This document shows positions 11,554-19,636 of a stretch of DNA of 64,000 nt, one piece after another. The DNA comes from an uncultured Gemmataceae bacterium. Lineage in GTDB: Bacteria > Planctomycetota > Planctomycetia > Gemmatales > Gemmataceae. Location: positions 192,001-256,000 of the forward strand of contig CAVVPN010000004.1 in assembly GCA_963750165.1 (NCBI GenBank), read 5' to 3'. Position 1 is the first letter of the stretch. Each line of letters begins with the position of its first letter. The notes under the pieces were generated by a model. The model was not told the DNA's origin, ran no database searches, and saw nothing but the letters and a program-made list of their open reading frames with translations. The position numbers and the translations under genes are program-made.

Positions 11554-11619
11554 ACGTGGGGCAGACATTCCTGTCTGCCAATCTTTCAAAGATGGCAGAC
11601 AGGAATGTCTGCCCCACGT
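11554..11619. repeat. GTGG-type REP doublet (GTGGGGCAGACATTCCTGTCTGCC arms), intergenic copy
   Basis: Inverted 24-bp arms, each a hairpin; identical arms recur at 21110-21165 inside glnE. Confidence 0.9.
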
Positions 11620-11667
11620 GCCGCAAGCGGCAGAACGATGGGTCACGCCGCCGGGCGGGAAGGCGGT

Positions 11668-11673
11668 TATAAT
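11668..11673 (+). promoter_or_regulatory. Candidate sigma70 -10 box for def-fmt-rsmB
   Basis: Perfect TATAAT in very GC-rich DNA about 45 bp upstream of the def ATG; no convincing -35. Confidence 0.45.
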
Positions 11674-11717
11674 ACGGGTAGAAGTTCCCCCGGTGACGAA
11701 CGCTGCTGGAGCCCCGT

Positions 11718-12296
11718 ATGAAGATTGTCCACTACCCGCACCCGGCCCTGCGCCACCCCGGCCGGCCGCTGACGAGCATTGATAAACAGCTGCACCTGCA
11801 AATCGGTGAGATGAAGGAGCTGATGTACGAGGCGCACGGCCTGGGCCTGGCGGCGCCGCAGGTGGCGCTGCCGTTCCAGCTGCTGGTCATGAACATCACC
11901 GGCGACCCCAAACAGCCCGAACAGGAAGAAGTGTTCATCAACCCCGCCATCGTCGAGCGCCGCGGCAGCATCGACGACGAGGAGGGCTGTCTGAGCTTCC
12001 CCGGCCTGTTCCAGAAAATCCGCCGGGCCAAAACAATCAAGGTGCAGGCGTACAACCTCAAGGGCCAGCTGATCGAGAAGGTGGTCAGCGAACTGGAGGC
12101 CCGCGCCTGGCAGCATGAAATCGACCACCTCAATGGCGTCCTGTTCATCGACAAGATGGGCGTGATCGCCAGGCTGGCGGCGCGCGGCTCGGTGAAGACC
12201 TTTGAGCGCGAGTTCAAGCGCGCCGAGGAGCGCGGCGAGATCCCACCGGAAGCCGAGATCGAGAAGTTTTTGGCCGCCTTGGAGTCGGGGGCGTGA
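11718..12296 (+). CDS. def: Peptide deformylase
   Basis: Motifs GLGLAAPQV, EGCLS and QHEIDH. Confidence 0.97.
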   Translation: MKIVHYPHPALRHPGRPLTSIDKQLHLQIGEMKELMYEAHGLGLAAPQVALPFQLLVMNITGDPKQPEQEEVFINPAIVERRGSIDDEEGCLSFPGLFQKIRRAKTIKVQAYNLKGQLIEKVVSELEARAWQHEIDHLNGVLFIDKMGVIARLAARGSVKTFEREFKRAEERGEIPPEAEIEKFLAALESGA

Positions 12297-13291
12297 TGGC
12301 CGACCGGCGTGACCTGCGACTGGTGATGATGGGCACCGGCACCTTCGCGGAGCCGACGCTGCGGGCGCTGTTTGACGCCGGCTGCCAGGTGGTCGGCCTG
12401 GTGACGCAGCCGGATCGGCCAATGGGCTCGACGCGCGGCTCAACGCGCCAGGTCGGCGCCGGCATGAAGACCATCGCCGAGGAGCATGGCGTCCCCGTCT
12501 ACCAGCCCGAGAGCATCAACACCCCCGAGGGCGTCGCCCAGCTTCGCGACTGGCAGTCGGACCTGCTGGTCGTTGCGGCCTACGGGCAAATCCTGTCGAA
12601 CGACGTGCTCCTGACGGCCAGCCACGGCGGCATCAACGTTCACGCTTCGCTGCTGCCGAAGTACCGCGGCGCCGCGCCGATCAACTGGGCCATCTACCAC
12701 GGCGAGACGAAGACCGGCGTCACCATCATCCGCATGTCCGTCGCCCTGGACGCCGGCGACATGCTGGCGCAGGAGGCCATCGACATCGGCCCGGACGAGA
12801 CGGCCGGTGAGGTCGAGGCCCGCCTTGGCCCGGTCGGCGGCCGCATGGCAGTGCAGGTCATCGACCAGATCGCCGCCGGCACCGCGCACGGCGTCAAACA
12901 GGACAAATCCCTGGTGACGAAGGCGCCGAAGCTGACGAAGGAGCACGGCCTGATCGACTGGACGCGGCCGGCGACGGCGGTGTGCAACCAGGTGCGGGCC
13001 ATGCTGCCGTGGCCGACGCCGTACACGTTCCTGCACCACGAAGGCGCCGCGCCACTGCGGCTGATCGTCCACCGCGCCACGGACCGCCCGGACATAACGG
13101 CGGCCGCTGCTCCCGGCGAGAACGTGTCAGGTCCCGATGACGGCGACCGCATCCTGGTGGAGGCCGGCGATTTCACCGTGGTGGAACTGTTGGAAGTGCA
13201 GCCGGCCGGCAAGCGGCGCATGAGCGCCGTCGAGTTTCTGCGCGGCCATCCGCTGCGGCCTGACGACCACTTCGGCGCTGAGTCGCCATGA
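12296..13291 (+). CDS. fmt: Methionyl-tRNA formyltransferase
   Basis: VTQPDRP, VVAAYGQIL and NVHASLLPKYRGAAPI; follows def. Confidence 0.97.
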   Translation: MADRRDLRLVMMGTGTFAEPTLRALFDAGCQVVGLVTQPDRPMGSTRGSTRQVGAGMKTIAEEHGVPVYQPESINTPEGVAQLRDWQSDLLVVAAYGQILSNDVLLTASHGGINVHASLLPKYRGAAPINWAIYHGETKTGVTIIRMSVALDAGDMLAQEAIDIGPDETAGEVEARLGPVGGRMAVQVIDQIAAGTAHGVKQDKSLVTKAPKLTKEHGLIDWTRPATAVCNQVRAMLPWPTPYTFLHHEGAAPLRLIVHRATDRPDITAAAAPGENVSGPDDGDRILVEAGDFTVVELLEVQPAGKRRMSAVEFLRGHPLRPDDHFGAESP

Positions 13292-14649
13292 GCGGCGCCC
13301 GCGCCGCCGCCCTCCACGTCCTGCTGGAGTGCCGCCGCCACGACGCCTTCGTGCAGGAACTCCTCGACCAGCACCTATCCCACGCCGCGCTGACCCCGGC
13401 CGACCGTGCCCTGACCACGCAGCTGGTCTACGGTGTGCTGCGCCGCCGCGGCACTTTGGATTTCCTGCTGCGGCCGCTGGTGAACCGGCCGCCGCACCAG
13501 GTCGAGCCGTGGCTGTGGGACGCCCTCCGCCTCGGTGCCTTTCAACTGCTGCTGCTCACGCAAATCCCCGCCTACGCCGCCCTCAACGAGACCGTCGAAC
13601 TGGCGACGCAGCAGCGCCGGCCTCGGGCCAAGGGCTTTCTCAACGGCGTCCTGCGGGCGCTGCTGGCGCTGGTGACGCCGGACATGGAGGGGGCGCCCGC
13701 GGCGGACGCGCTGCCGCTGGAGCACGGCCGCTTCCGCCGGCTGGCGCGGCCGGTGCTGCCGGCGCCGCGCGAGCATCCGATAGAATACGTGTCCACGGCG
13801 TTCGGGCTGCCGCGCTGGTTGGCGGGGCGCTGGCACGAACGCTTCGGCTACCCGGCGTGTCTGGATCTCGGCTTCTGGTTCGCCGGCCCGGCGCCGTTGT
13901 GGCTGCGTGTCAACCCGTTGAAGACGGATCGGCCGACGTTCCTGGCGGAGCTGGCCAAGGTGAACATCGCCGTCGAACCGGGGCCGCACCCGCAGGCGGT
14001 GCGCCTGGCGCAGCACCAGCCGATCCGCGAGGTGCCGCGCTACGACGACGGCTGGTTCAGCGTGCAGGACATCGCGGCGATGGGCGTGGCCTCAGCGCTG
14101 GCGCCGGCCCCGGGCAACCATGTGCTCGACCTGTGCGCCGCCCCCGGCGGCAAGACCAGCCACCTGGCCGAGTTGATGCACGACCGCGGTCGGGTGATCG
14201 CCTGCGACGTGGACGCCGAGCGGCTGCGGACGGTGACAACCCTGTGTCAGCGGCTGGGCGTGACCATCGTGGCGACGTACCGGCTGGCGTCGCTGCGGTA
14301 CGTGGAGCCGCCGCCGGGGCCGTTCGACGCGGCGCTGGTGGACGTGCCGTGCAGCAACACCGGCGTGCTGGGGCGGCGGCCGGAGGTACGCTGGCGGCTG
14401 CGGCCGGAGGATCTCGGCCAGCTGGTGACGCTGCAAACCAAGTTATTGTTGCTGGCGCTGGAACGGGTGCGGCTGGGCGGCGTCGCGGTGTATTCGACGT
14501 GCAGCATCGAGCCGGAGGAGAACGGCCAGGTGGTGCGCACGGTGCTGGGCGCCATGCGCGACTGGCGGCTGGAGGCGGAACAGGAATCGCTGCCGGGCCG
14601 GCCGGGCGACGGCGGTTACTGGGCGCGGTTGCGGCGGCTGTCGGACTGA
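13288..14649 (+). CDS. rsmB: 16S rRNA m5C967 methyltransferase RsmB/Sun
   Basis: NusB-like N-terminus, DLCAAPGGKT, DVPCS and YSTCS; conserved def-fmt-rsmB order. Confidence 0.93.
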   Translation: MSGARAAALHVLLECRRHDAFVQELLDQHLSHAALTPADRALTTQLVYGVLRRRGTLDFLLRPLVNRPPHQVEPWLWDALRLGAFQLLLLTQIPAYAALNETVELATQQRRPRAKGFLNGVLRALLALVTPDMEGAPAADALPLEHGRFRRLARPVLPAPREHPIEYVSTAFGLPRWLAGRWHERFGYPACLDLGFWFAGPAPLWLRVNPLKTDRPTFLAELAKVNIAVEPGPHPQAVRLAQHQPIREVPRYDDGWFSVQDIAAMGVASALAPAPGNHVLDLCAAPGGKTSHLAELMHDRGRVIACDVDAERLRTVTTLCQRLGVTIVATYRLASLRYVEPPPGPFDAALVDVPCSNTGVLGRRPEVRWRLRPEDLGQLVTLQTKLLLLALERVRLGGVAVYSTCSIEPEENGQVVRTVLGAMRDWRLEAEQESLPGRPGDGGYWARLRRLSD

Positions 14650-14688
14650 AGTAGATTGCTTCCAACGAACCCGGAAAGGAGGCTATCC

Positions 14689-15732
14689 ATGACCACCCCC
14701 GTGACGGTGCCGGACGACCTGGCCCCATTGGCGCGGCCGCCCGCGACAGGCCCACTGCCCCTGCTGTACGAGGCAGAGGAGGAAGACTTGGGAGAAGCCA
14801 AACCCCATTATTTATCCGGCGTCATCCTGGCGTTGGGGCTGGCCACGCACCTGGCGAGCCGGCCACAATACGAGGTATTCGCGAATTTGAACTGCTATTA
14901 CGGCACCGGGAGTCCGCCGCCAAGTTTCACTCCGGACGTGATGGTCGCCCTGCCCACCCGGGACCTTGGCGAAGACGTGAGTTCCTATTCCCTTTTAACG
15001 GACGGCCCGGCACCGAGGCTGGTGATCGAAATCCTTTCGGAGAGTACCGCCGAGGAACGCGACCTGAACGTCAAGATCGCCCTGTACGCCCAGTTGGGGA
15101 TCGCAGAATACATCCTGATGGACCGGTGGGGGCGCTGGCTGCCGCAGCGGCTGCTGCTCAAGCGCTTGCAAACCGACGGCACCTACCGCGACGAACGGGA
15201 CGCCGACGGCGGCGTCACCAGTGCGCTGGGGTTCCGCCTGGTGTTCGCGGAGGACGGCTGGCCGGATGTCATCAACGTCGCCACGGGCCACCGCTACGCC
15301 CGGCCGACGCAGGCGGAGCAGGAAGCGGAGGGCCGCCGCCTGGCGGAACTGCGGCAACGCCACGCAGAAGAACAGGCACGCCAGGAGGCGGAACTCCGGC
15401 GCCAGGCCGAGGAGAAACAGCGCGAGGAGGCGGAAGCCCGGCGCCAGGCCGAGGAGAAACAGCGCGAGGAGGCGGAAGCCCGGCGCCAGGCCGAGGAGAA
15501 ACAGCGCGAGGAGGCGGAAGCCCGGCGCCGGGCCGAGGAGAAACAGAGCCTGGCCGAAGAGAAACAGCACCGTGCAGAAACTAAGCAGCGACGCGCCGAC
15601 GAGAAGCGCCGCCGGGCCGAAGAAAAGCAGCGCCAGGCCGAGGAACAGATCAAGACTCTTCAGGCCGAGGTCGAGCGCCTGCGCCAGGCGGCCGCCGAGC
15701 AACCTCCCCCAGCGGACGATCCACAACCGTAA
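14689..15732 (+). CDS. Uma2-family (PD-(D/E)xK) putative endonuclease with coiled-coil tail
   Basis: RBS AGGAGG; FTPDVMV, PRLVIEILSEST...DLNVKIALYAQLGIAEYIL; long E/R/Q/A-rich tail. Confidence 0.88.
   Translation: MTTPVTVPDDLAPLARPPATGPLPLLYEAEEEDLGEAKPHYLSGVILALGLATHLASRPQYEVFANLNCYYGTGSPPPSFTPDVMVALPTRDLGEDVSSYSLLTDGPAPRLVIEILSESTAEERDLNVKIALYAQLGIAEYILMDRWGRWLPQRLLLKRLQTDGTYRDERDADGGVTSALGFRLVFAEDGWPDVINVATGHRYARPTQAEQEAEGRRLAELRQRHAEEQARQEAELRRQAEEKQREEAEARRQAEEKQREEAEARRQAEEKQREEAEARRRAEEKQSLAEEKQHRAETKQRRADEKRRRAEEKQRQAEEQIKTLQAEVERLRQAAAEQPPPADDPQP
15397..15546 (+). repeat. 42-bp coding tandem repeat (RRQAEEKQREEAEA), about 3.5 copies
   Basis: cggcgccaggccgaggagaaacagcgcgaggaggcggaagcc repeated head-to-tail. 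Confidence 0.9.
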
Positions 15733-15759
15733 CCAGGGCCCGCAACCCAAGAGCATCCC

Positions 15760-18132
15760 GTGAGTACCATCGCGAAACGCCTCCGTCAAGCGCTACAGCA
15801 AATCGACCGCCCGGGCTCCTTCTGCGCCAGCGGCAGCGTCCCCGCCGTGCTGCCCGGACTGGAAGTGGCCAGCCTCGGCCCGGTCGGCCTGCCGCTCACC
15901 GCCGCACAGGCGAAGGCGCTCCGGAAGCAGTGCGAACCAGCCCCCTACGGCAAGGGCGAGGAAACGCTGGTCGATAAGTCCGTGCGCAACGTCTGGCGGC
16001 TGAAGCCGGAGCGCTTCACGCTGACGAACCCCGACTGGCAGCAGACGCTCGACCAGATCGTGCAGCGCGTGCAAGTGGAACTCGGCCTCGAACAGCAGCC
16101 ACTGGAGAGCCACCTGTACGACCTGCTGCTCTACGAGAAGGGCAGTTTCTTCCTGCCGCACCGCGACGGCGAGAAACTCGGCCGCATGGTGGCGACGCTG
16201 GTCGTCGTGCTGCCGTCGTCGTTCGCGGGCGGCGAGTTGGTGGTGCGCCACGACGACCAGGAACGGGCCATTGACTTCGGCGGCGGTGCGGACGACCGCC
16301 TGCGCATCCACTTCGCCGCCTTCTACGCCGACTGCGAACACGAGGTGCGCCCCCTGGAGAAGGGCCATCGGTTGTGCCTGGTGTACAACCTAACGCTGAA
16401 GAAAGGCAAAAAGGCCGTCGCCGCGCCGCGCAACGCGGCGGCCCTCACCGCCGTCACGGAGATCCTGTGCGGCTGGGCGGCAGCCGGGCCGCCGCGCAAA
16501 CTGGTCGTCACGCTGGACCACCAGTACACGCAGGACGGCCTGGTCCGGGACTCCCTCAAGGGCGTGGACCGTGCGCGGGCGGGCGTGCTCTTCCAGGCGG
16601 CCCAGCAGGCGGACTGTCATGCGTACCTGGCGACCCTGTCCCTGCACGAATCCGGGGCGGCGGAAGAGGACGGTTACGACGACTACGGCGGCTGGGGCTA
16701 CGAAGAAGAGGAGGACGTAGACGATGAGGAGGAAGACGAGGAAGAGGACGAGGACGTGCAATCCGGTCAATACAAGATGATCGAAGTGTACGACACCTCG
16801 CTGACCGCCGAGCACTGGAGCGACGCCGCGGGCAACCGGGTGCCGATCAGCGCGCTGCCCGTCGGGGAGGATGAATTGCTGGACCCGAAGGCGCTGCGGA
16901 AGGTGACCCCGGACGAGCAGTACGAGGGCTACACCGGCAACGAGGGCATGACCCTTGACCGCTGGTACCGGCACGCCGCGGTCGTGCTCTGGCCCAACCG
17001 CAATCACTTCGACGTGCTCTGCGACGCCGGCAGCGCCAGCGCCGTCCGGGTGCTGCAGCAGATGGAGGACCGGCTGTGGCTCGCCGACAAGCCGCAGGCC
17101 GCGGCGCTGCGGGCGGAGTGCGTCGCCTTCGCCGCCACCATCCTGACGCGGTGGCCGACGAGAACCTATGCCCACGACTTCGGCCCGCTGGGCAAGCCAG
17201 AGGAGCAGGCGCTGCCGCTGTTGCCGCTGCTGGCGCCGCTCGGCGAAGCGGCCCTGATCAAGAGCTACCTCGGCGGCGTCCTGATCCGGGACGTCACCGC
17301 CGACCCCGGCGACGCGCTGCCGGCCGTCTGCCAGCAATTCGGCTGGGAAACGCTGCGTCCGGAACTGGAGGGCCTGATCCAGCAGACGACGGCCGAGACC
17401 CTGGAGCGGAACGTCCGCGTGCTGGAGTCCCTTTGTCTGACCAAACCGCGCCGGCAGGCGGGCTGGGCGGACGCGTGCGCCGCCCTGGTGCGGGAAGCCG
17501 TCCAGGCGCTGGAGCGGGTGGATGAGGCGCGGGCGTCGAGCGATTACCGGGCGCGACCGGTGAAGCGCGAAGTCGTGCTCGCCGGCCTGGTCCGCGTGCT
17601 GCTCGCCACCGACCAGCCCGAGCTGCTGGCCCGCCTCGTCGGCCACGCGCTGGACCATCCGAAGCGCTACCCCCTGGCGACGCACGTCGCGGCGCTGACC
17701 GCCCTGGGGCCCTGGCTCAAGCAGCACGTCAAGCAACCCAGCCCGAGCCTGGTGCGTTGGCTGGACGCCTGCTGCGGCCAGCTGGAGGAACTGACCGCCA
17801 CGGCCCCGAAACCGCCCGCCGACTTCCGCCGGGCCGCAACCGTCAGTTGCAAGTGTGCGGACTGTGAAAAACTCAGGGAATTCCTGAAAGACCCGAACGA
17901 GCGCGTCTACCGCTTCGCCGCCAAGGAGGAGCGGCGCAGGCACCTCGAACACAACATCCGGCACGCCCATTGCGACCTGGACTGCACGACCGAGCGGAAG
18001 GGCTCGCCGCACACCCTCGTCTGCACCAAGAATGACGCCTCGTACCAGGCGAAGCTGAAGCAGTATCATGAACACCTGGAGCAACTGGCGGCGCTCGCGC
18101 CATCCGCGCCAGCCTCCCGACGGCCAGCGTGA
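15760..18132 (+). CDS. 2OG-Fe(II) oxygenase domain protein with long C-terminal extension (true end may be 18146 if a -1 slip lies near 18095)
   Basis: LLLYEKGSFFLPHRD (HxD), CEHEVRP and RLCLVYNL; acidic tract; C-terminal CKCADC. Confidence 0.85.
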   Translation: MSTIAKRLRQALQQIDRPGSFCASGSVPAVLPGLEVASLGPVGLPLTAAQAKALRKQCEPAPYGKGEETLVDKSVRNVWRLKPERFTLTNPDWQQTLDQIVQRVQVELGLEQQPLESHLYDLLLYEKGSFFLPHRDGEKLGRMVATLVVVLPSSFAGGELVVRHDDQERAIDFGGGADDRLRIHFAAFYADCEHEVRPLEKGHRLCLVYNLTLKKGKKAVAAPRNAAALTAVTEILCGWAAAGPPRKLVVTLDHQYTQDGLVRDSLKGVDRARAGVLFQAAQQADCHAYLATLSLHESGAAEEDGYDDYGGWGYEEEEDVDDEEEDEEEDEDVQSGQYKMIEVYDTSLTAEHWSDAAGNRVPISALPVGEDELLDPKALRKVTPDEQYEGYTGNEGMTLDRWYRHAAVVLWPNRNHFDVLCDAGSASAVRVLQQMEDRLWLADKPQAAALRAECVAFAATILTRWPTRTYAHDFGPLGKPEEQALPLLPLLAPLGEAALIKSYLGGVLIRDVTADPGDALPAVCQQFGWETLRPELEGLIQQTTAETLERNVRVLESLCLTKPRRQAGWADACAALVREAVQALERVDEARASSDYRARPVKREVVLAGLVRVLLATDQPELLARLVGHALDHPKRYPLATHVAALTALGPWLKQHVKQPSPSLVRWLDACCGQLEELTATAPKPPADFRRAATVSCKCADCEKLREFLKDPNERVYRFAAKEERRRHLEHNIRHAHCDLDCTTERKGSPHTLVCTKNDASYQAKLKQYHEHLEQLAALAPSAPASRRPA

Positions 18133-18142
18133 AGAAGGGACC

Positions 18143-19618
18143 ATGAGCAAGAAACTCTACATCGAAACCGTCGGCTGCCAGATGAACGTGCTCGACAGCG
18201 AGTTGGTCGTCGGCAGCCTGCGCCGCCAGGGCTACGAGCTGACCGCGACCGCCACCGCCGCGGACGTGATCCTGTTCAACACCTGCAGCGTCCGCCAGCA
18301 CGCCGAGGACAAGATTTACAGCGCCCTCGGCCGGCTGCGCGGCCACAAGCAGCGCCATCCCGAGAAGATCATCGGCGTGCTCGGCTGCATGGCCCAGAAG
18401 GACCAGGAACTCATCCGCAAGCGCGCCCCGCACGTGGACCTCATCTGCGGCACCGGCCAGCTGTCCCGGCTGCCCGAACTGATCGACGAGGCCCGCCGCA
18501 GTGGCAAACTGCAACTCGCGCTGAGCCTGGACCGCACCGAGGCCCGGCACGAGGTCGAACGCAGCTTCGAGAGCTACGACCCGCTGCGTGACCCGTCGAT
18601 GCGGCCGTCGCGCTTCCAGGCGTACGTGCGCATCATGATCGGCTGCGACAAGTTTTGCACCTACTGCATTGTGCCCAGCGTCCGCGGCCCGGAGCAGAGC
18701 CGCCATCCGCAGCACATCGCCGCCGAGGTCCGCCAACTCGCCGCCGAGGGCTGCAAGGAAATCACCCTGCTCGGCCAGACCGTCAACAGCTACCAGTACG
18801 ACCTCGGCGACGGCCGCAGGACGCGGCTGAGCGACCTGCTGGCGTTGATCCACGACACGGCCGGCATCGAGCGCATCAAGTTCATCACCAACTTCCCGCG
18901 CGACATGGGCGACGACCTGCTCGACGCCGTGCGCACACTGCCGAAGGTCTGCCCGTACCTGCACGTGCCGGCGCAGTCCGGCTGTAACGACATCCTGAAG
19001 CGGATGAAACGCCTCTACACGGTGGAATATTACCGCGATATGCTGGCCCGCTGCCGTGAGCGTGTGCCGGGCGTCGCGGTCAGCAGCGATTTCATCGTCG
19101 GCTTCAGCGGCGAGACGGAGGCGGCGTTCGAGCGCTCGTGCGAGTTGGTGCGTACCGCCGGGTTCAAGAACAGTTTCATCTTCAAGTACAGCCCTCGGCC
19201 AGGCACCCGGGGCCATGAGCTGTACCCCGATGACGTGCCCGAAGACGCGAAGAAGCGGCGCAACAACGACCTGCTGGCGCTGCAGAACGCTGTCAGCCTC
19301 GCGGACCATCGTGGCCGCGTCGGCCAGACTGTGGATGTGCTGGTCGAGGGCTTCAGCAAGAACGCCCTGAAACAGACCGACGCCGGGCCGCGGCAGCTCA
19401 CCGGCCGCGCCACGACGGACCACATTGTCGTCTTCGACGGCAACGAGCGCTTGATCGGGCAGACGGTGTCGGTTGAAATTGAGGAGGCCACCGCGTTCAC
19501 GCTGTTCGGCACGGTGGTCACGGGCGAGGTCATCGGCGCACCCGAGACGTGTGCCGCGCCCGTGCCGCCGGTTGCTCCCTCCCGCGCCGGCGGCCGCATC
19601 GAACTGCCGTTGGTCTGA
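18143..19618 (+). CDS. miaB: tRNA-2-methylthio-N6-dimethylallyladenosine synthase MiaB
   Basis: GCQMN, NTCSVR, GCMAQ, radical-SAM motif CDKFCTYC, C-terminal TRAM domain. Confidence 0.96.
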   Translation: MSKKLYIETVGCQMNVLDSELVVGSLRRQGYELTATATAADVILFNTCSVRQHAEDKIYSALGRLRGHKQRHPEKIIGVLGCMAQKDQELIRKRAPHVDLICGTGQLSRLPELIDEARRSGKLQLALSLDRTEARHEVERSFESYDPLRDPSMRPSRFQAYVRIMIGCDKFCTYCIVPSVRGPEQSRHPQHIAAEVRQLAAEGCKEITLLGQTVNSYQYDLGDGRRTRLSDLLALIHDTAGIERIKFITNFPRDMGDDLLDAVRTLPKVCPYLHVPAQSGCNDILKRMKRLYTVEYYRDMLARCRERVPGVAVSSDFIVGFSGETEAAFERSCELVRTAGFKNSFIFKYSPRPGTRGHELYPDDVPEDAKKRRNNDLLALQNAVSLADHRGRVGQTVDVLVEGFSKNALKQTDAGPRQLTGRATTDHIVVFDGNERLIGQTVSVEIEEATAFTLFGTVVTGEVIGAPETCAAPVPPVAPSRAGGRIELPLV

Positions 19619-19636
19619 TCGCCGTGGGAGGAATTG

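Noticed and set aside
15397..15546. 42-bp repeats as a possible CRISPR array
   Set aside because: Head-to-tail with no unique spacers, in-frame in a coiled-coil tail, and no cas genes.
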